Positions 7,057 to 9,019 of a stretch of 9,019 nucleotides of DNA are shown here, piece by piece. Position 1 is the first letter of the stretch. Every line of letters begins with the position of its first letter. Below the pieces are notes generated by a model. The model was not told the origin of the DNA. It saw nothing but the letters and a program-made list of their open reading frames with translations, and did not search any database. The translations under genes were made by a program, and so were the position numbers. The stretch lies in the NCBI RefSeq assembly GCF_000143415.4, contig NW_003314457.1:1-9019 (forward strand). The letters are read 5' to 3'. This DNA comes from Selaginella moellendorffii (lineage: Eukaryota; Plantae; Lycopodiophyta).

Positions 7057-8566
7057 ATGGAAAACAAAACATTTCTCTATTTAATTTTATTACTTGCAGT
7101 CATTCTGAAAAATGAGAATTTTTGTGCTGCCACTACAAGTATCAAAGTGGATGGCTATGTTTATTGTACTAACTGTGGTTCACTCTCTCAAAATGGCATC
7201 TTCAGTAAGAAAAATTATCTATCTTCTGTATTTTTCTAATCTTGTTAAATCTTTCAGATGCCAAGGTAAACCTGGTTTGTCCAGGAGACAGTGATTCATC
7301 ATTTACAAATAGTAAAGGATACTTTAATATCTTTGAATTAGTGAAGACTGGAACAGATATTGGGAGTTGTCGAGTGAGTGTGGATACAAGTAGAGCACCC
7401 CGAGGGTGTTCTTTTTTAACAGACATAAATGGTGGATCAAGTGGCCAATCCTTAAGCACATGCACCAATAATGGAAATAATAAGTTCACTTGTGGACCTT
7501 ATTATTTTACTCCAAATGCCTGTTCACCTCCACCACCACCAAGTCCACCTCCTCCTCCACCACCACCACCACCAAAAACTCTGCCACCGCCACCACCTAG
7601 AAAACCACCACCACCACCCCCTAGAAAACCACCACCACCACCACCTAGAAGACCACCCCCACCACCACCAAGAACTCCTCCGCCACCACCACCAAGAACT
7701 CCTCCGCCACCACCACCAAGAACTCCTCCGCCACCACCACCAAGAACACCACCACCACCACCACCTAGAACCCCACCACCACCACCACCTAGAACCCCAC
7801 CACCACCACCACCTAGAACCCCACCACCACCTAGAACCCCTCCACCACCACCACCACCAAGAACTCCTCCACCACCACCACCTAGAACACCTCCACCGCC
7901 ACCACCAAGAACACCACCGCCACCACCACCAAAAACACCCCCCCCCCCACCACCAAGAAATCCTCCGCCACCACCACTAAAAAACCTCCACCCCCANNNN
8001 NNNNNNNNNNNNNNNNNNNNNNNNNNNNNNNNNNNNNNNNNNNNNNNNNNNNNNNNNNNNNNNNNNNNNNNNNNNNNNNNNNNNNNNNNNNNNNNNNNNN
8101 NNNNNNNNNNNNNNNNNNNNNNNNNNNNNNNNNNNNNNNNNNNNNNNNNNNNNNNNNNNNNNNNNNNNNNNNNNNNNNNNNNNNNNNNNNNNNNNNNNNN
8201 NNNNNNNNNNNNNNNNNNNNNNNNNNNNNNNNNNNNNNNNNNNNNNNNNNNNNNNNNNNNNNNNNNNNNNNNNNNNNNNNNAGAACAACTTGTACAATGA
8301 CGCCAAGAACACCTCGTTCACCACCCCCAAGAACACCTCGTCCACCACCGCCCAGAACAAGTCGTCCACCACCGCCCAGAACACCACTTCCCCCAGCACC
8401 ACCACTGCCACCACCACCTATGTCACCACCATCACCAACACCAGCACCTTCACTTTCACCAACACCACCACCACTATCACCACCTCTATCATCACCGCCA
8501 GCACCACCACCAGAATCACCAGCATCAGAACCAGGCCCAGCTCCTACACCATCATCATTACTATAA
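7057..8566 (+). CDS. Secreted Pollen Ole e 1 allergen/extensin-family (PAC-domain) proline-rich cell-wall protein. Exon 1 is 7057-7204; exon 2 is 7258-8566 and spans the N gap.
   Basis: Signal peptide MENKTFLYLILLLAVIL...CAA. Ole e 1 motifs VDGYVYCTNC, NAKVNLVC, TNSKGYF, CRVSV..S.AP.GC...TDINGG.SG..L, GPYYFTP..C. Removing the intron joins the exons in frame (A+AT = Asn). These are followed by SP5-SP10 and (R/K)xP repeats, and an AP/SP/TP-rich end with TAA at 8564-8566. Frame continuity across the gap cannot be verified. Confidence 0.88.
7205..7257 (+). other. 53-bp phase-1 GT-AG intron
   Basis: Donor TTCA|GTAAGA, branch-like CTAAT at 7236-7240, acceptor TTTCAG|AT. It is AT-rich, and its removal restores the conserved Ole e 1 reading frame. 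Confidence 0.88.
7524..8400 (+). repeat. Coding tandem repeat, CCA-rich, with ~24-bp units encoding (R/K)(T/K/R)P5-7
   Basis: Three identical AGAACTCCTCCGCCACCACCACCA units at 7671-7742, two identical AGAACCCCACCACCACCACCACCT units at 7767-7814, plus variants on both sides of the gap. Confidence 0.95.
7997..8281. other. Assembly gap (285 N)
   Basis: Run of N inside the proline repeat array. The bases next to it depart from the repeat pattern, consistent with low-quality read ends. Confidence 0.99.
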
Positions 8567-8585
8567 GTTCATAACAATTTAACAT

Positions 8586-8591
8586 AATAAA
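8586..8591 (+). promoter_or_regulatory. Possible polyadenylation signal
   Basis: AATAAA begins 20 nt after the stop codon. The AT-rich context makes this weak. Confidence 0.3.
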
Positions 8592-9019
8592 AACATGACC
8601 TTAAGTTCCACTTATTTCCTTAACTCACGTGTTTGTTTTCATATAGAGTTTTTTTATTGCAAGACAAGAGAATCAAGAGTTCTAATGAATGAAATGATAG
8701 AAAATCTTACCTTTCTTTCTTTTTCTCAAGTTCATCACTACATCCTACAGTACAAGCAGGACAGTAGAGAATTGCCAATCTCCTATCATCACATATATGA
8801 TAGGAGATCATATCACTCAACACAGTGCAGTAAGGTAATATAATTATTTATGGCAACACTAGGTATTCAAAAAAGTTTATAAACTATAAACATGTTTATA
8901 CTGTATAAACATCAGATTAATCCAATAAGCTAAAATATACTTGGAGGTGTTTAAGAAACTTTATAAATTATAAAAAAATTTATACAAAAATTAATCCAAA
9001 CGAATAACAACTCCTACAT

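Noticed and set aside
7471-7980. 169-aa His-rich ORF, plus the Thr-rich (8290-8574) and Val-rich antisense (7977-8417) ORFs
   Set aside because: These are alternative frames of the CCA repeat. Only the Pro frame is continuous with the Ole e 1 domain.
7600-7980. Regular ~24-bp periodicity as a CRISPR-like array
   Set aside because: No unique spacers. It is a eukaryotic coding tandem repeat.
8595-8843. 82-aa ORF downstream of the PAC gene
   Set aside because: AT-rich 3' flank with no motif, probably spurious.

Overview
Land-plant nuclear DNA. The 53-bp intron and the style of the kinase suggest a compact genome such as Selaginella, but that is inference only. From left to right the window holds: (1) AT-rich DNA containing a decayed minus-strand fragment of an S-domain receptor-kinase N-terminus (signal peptide plus bulb-type lectin) and a possible kinase subdomain IX remnant; (2) the 3' half of a dead Ty1/copia retrotransposon (integrase C-terminus, RT, RNase H, PPT and a short ~155-bp 3' LTR at 4046-4200); (3) directly abutting that LTR, a 5'-truncated, internally deleted, frameshifted G-type lectin S-receptor-like (SD2-type, non-RD) kinase pseudogene; (4) an intergenic stretch with a cluster of short inverted repeats and an (ATT)12 microsatellite; (5) an apparently intact two-exon gene for a secreted Pollen Ole e 1/PAC-domain protein with a long (R/K)xP5-7 proline-rich tail, interrupted by a 285-N assembly gap. 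I found no convincing wholly novel system. The best leads are the atypical PAC/proline-rich protein, the RLK remnants around the copia insertion and the hairpin cluster.
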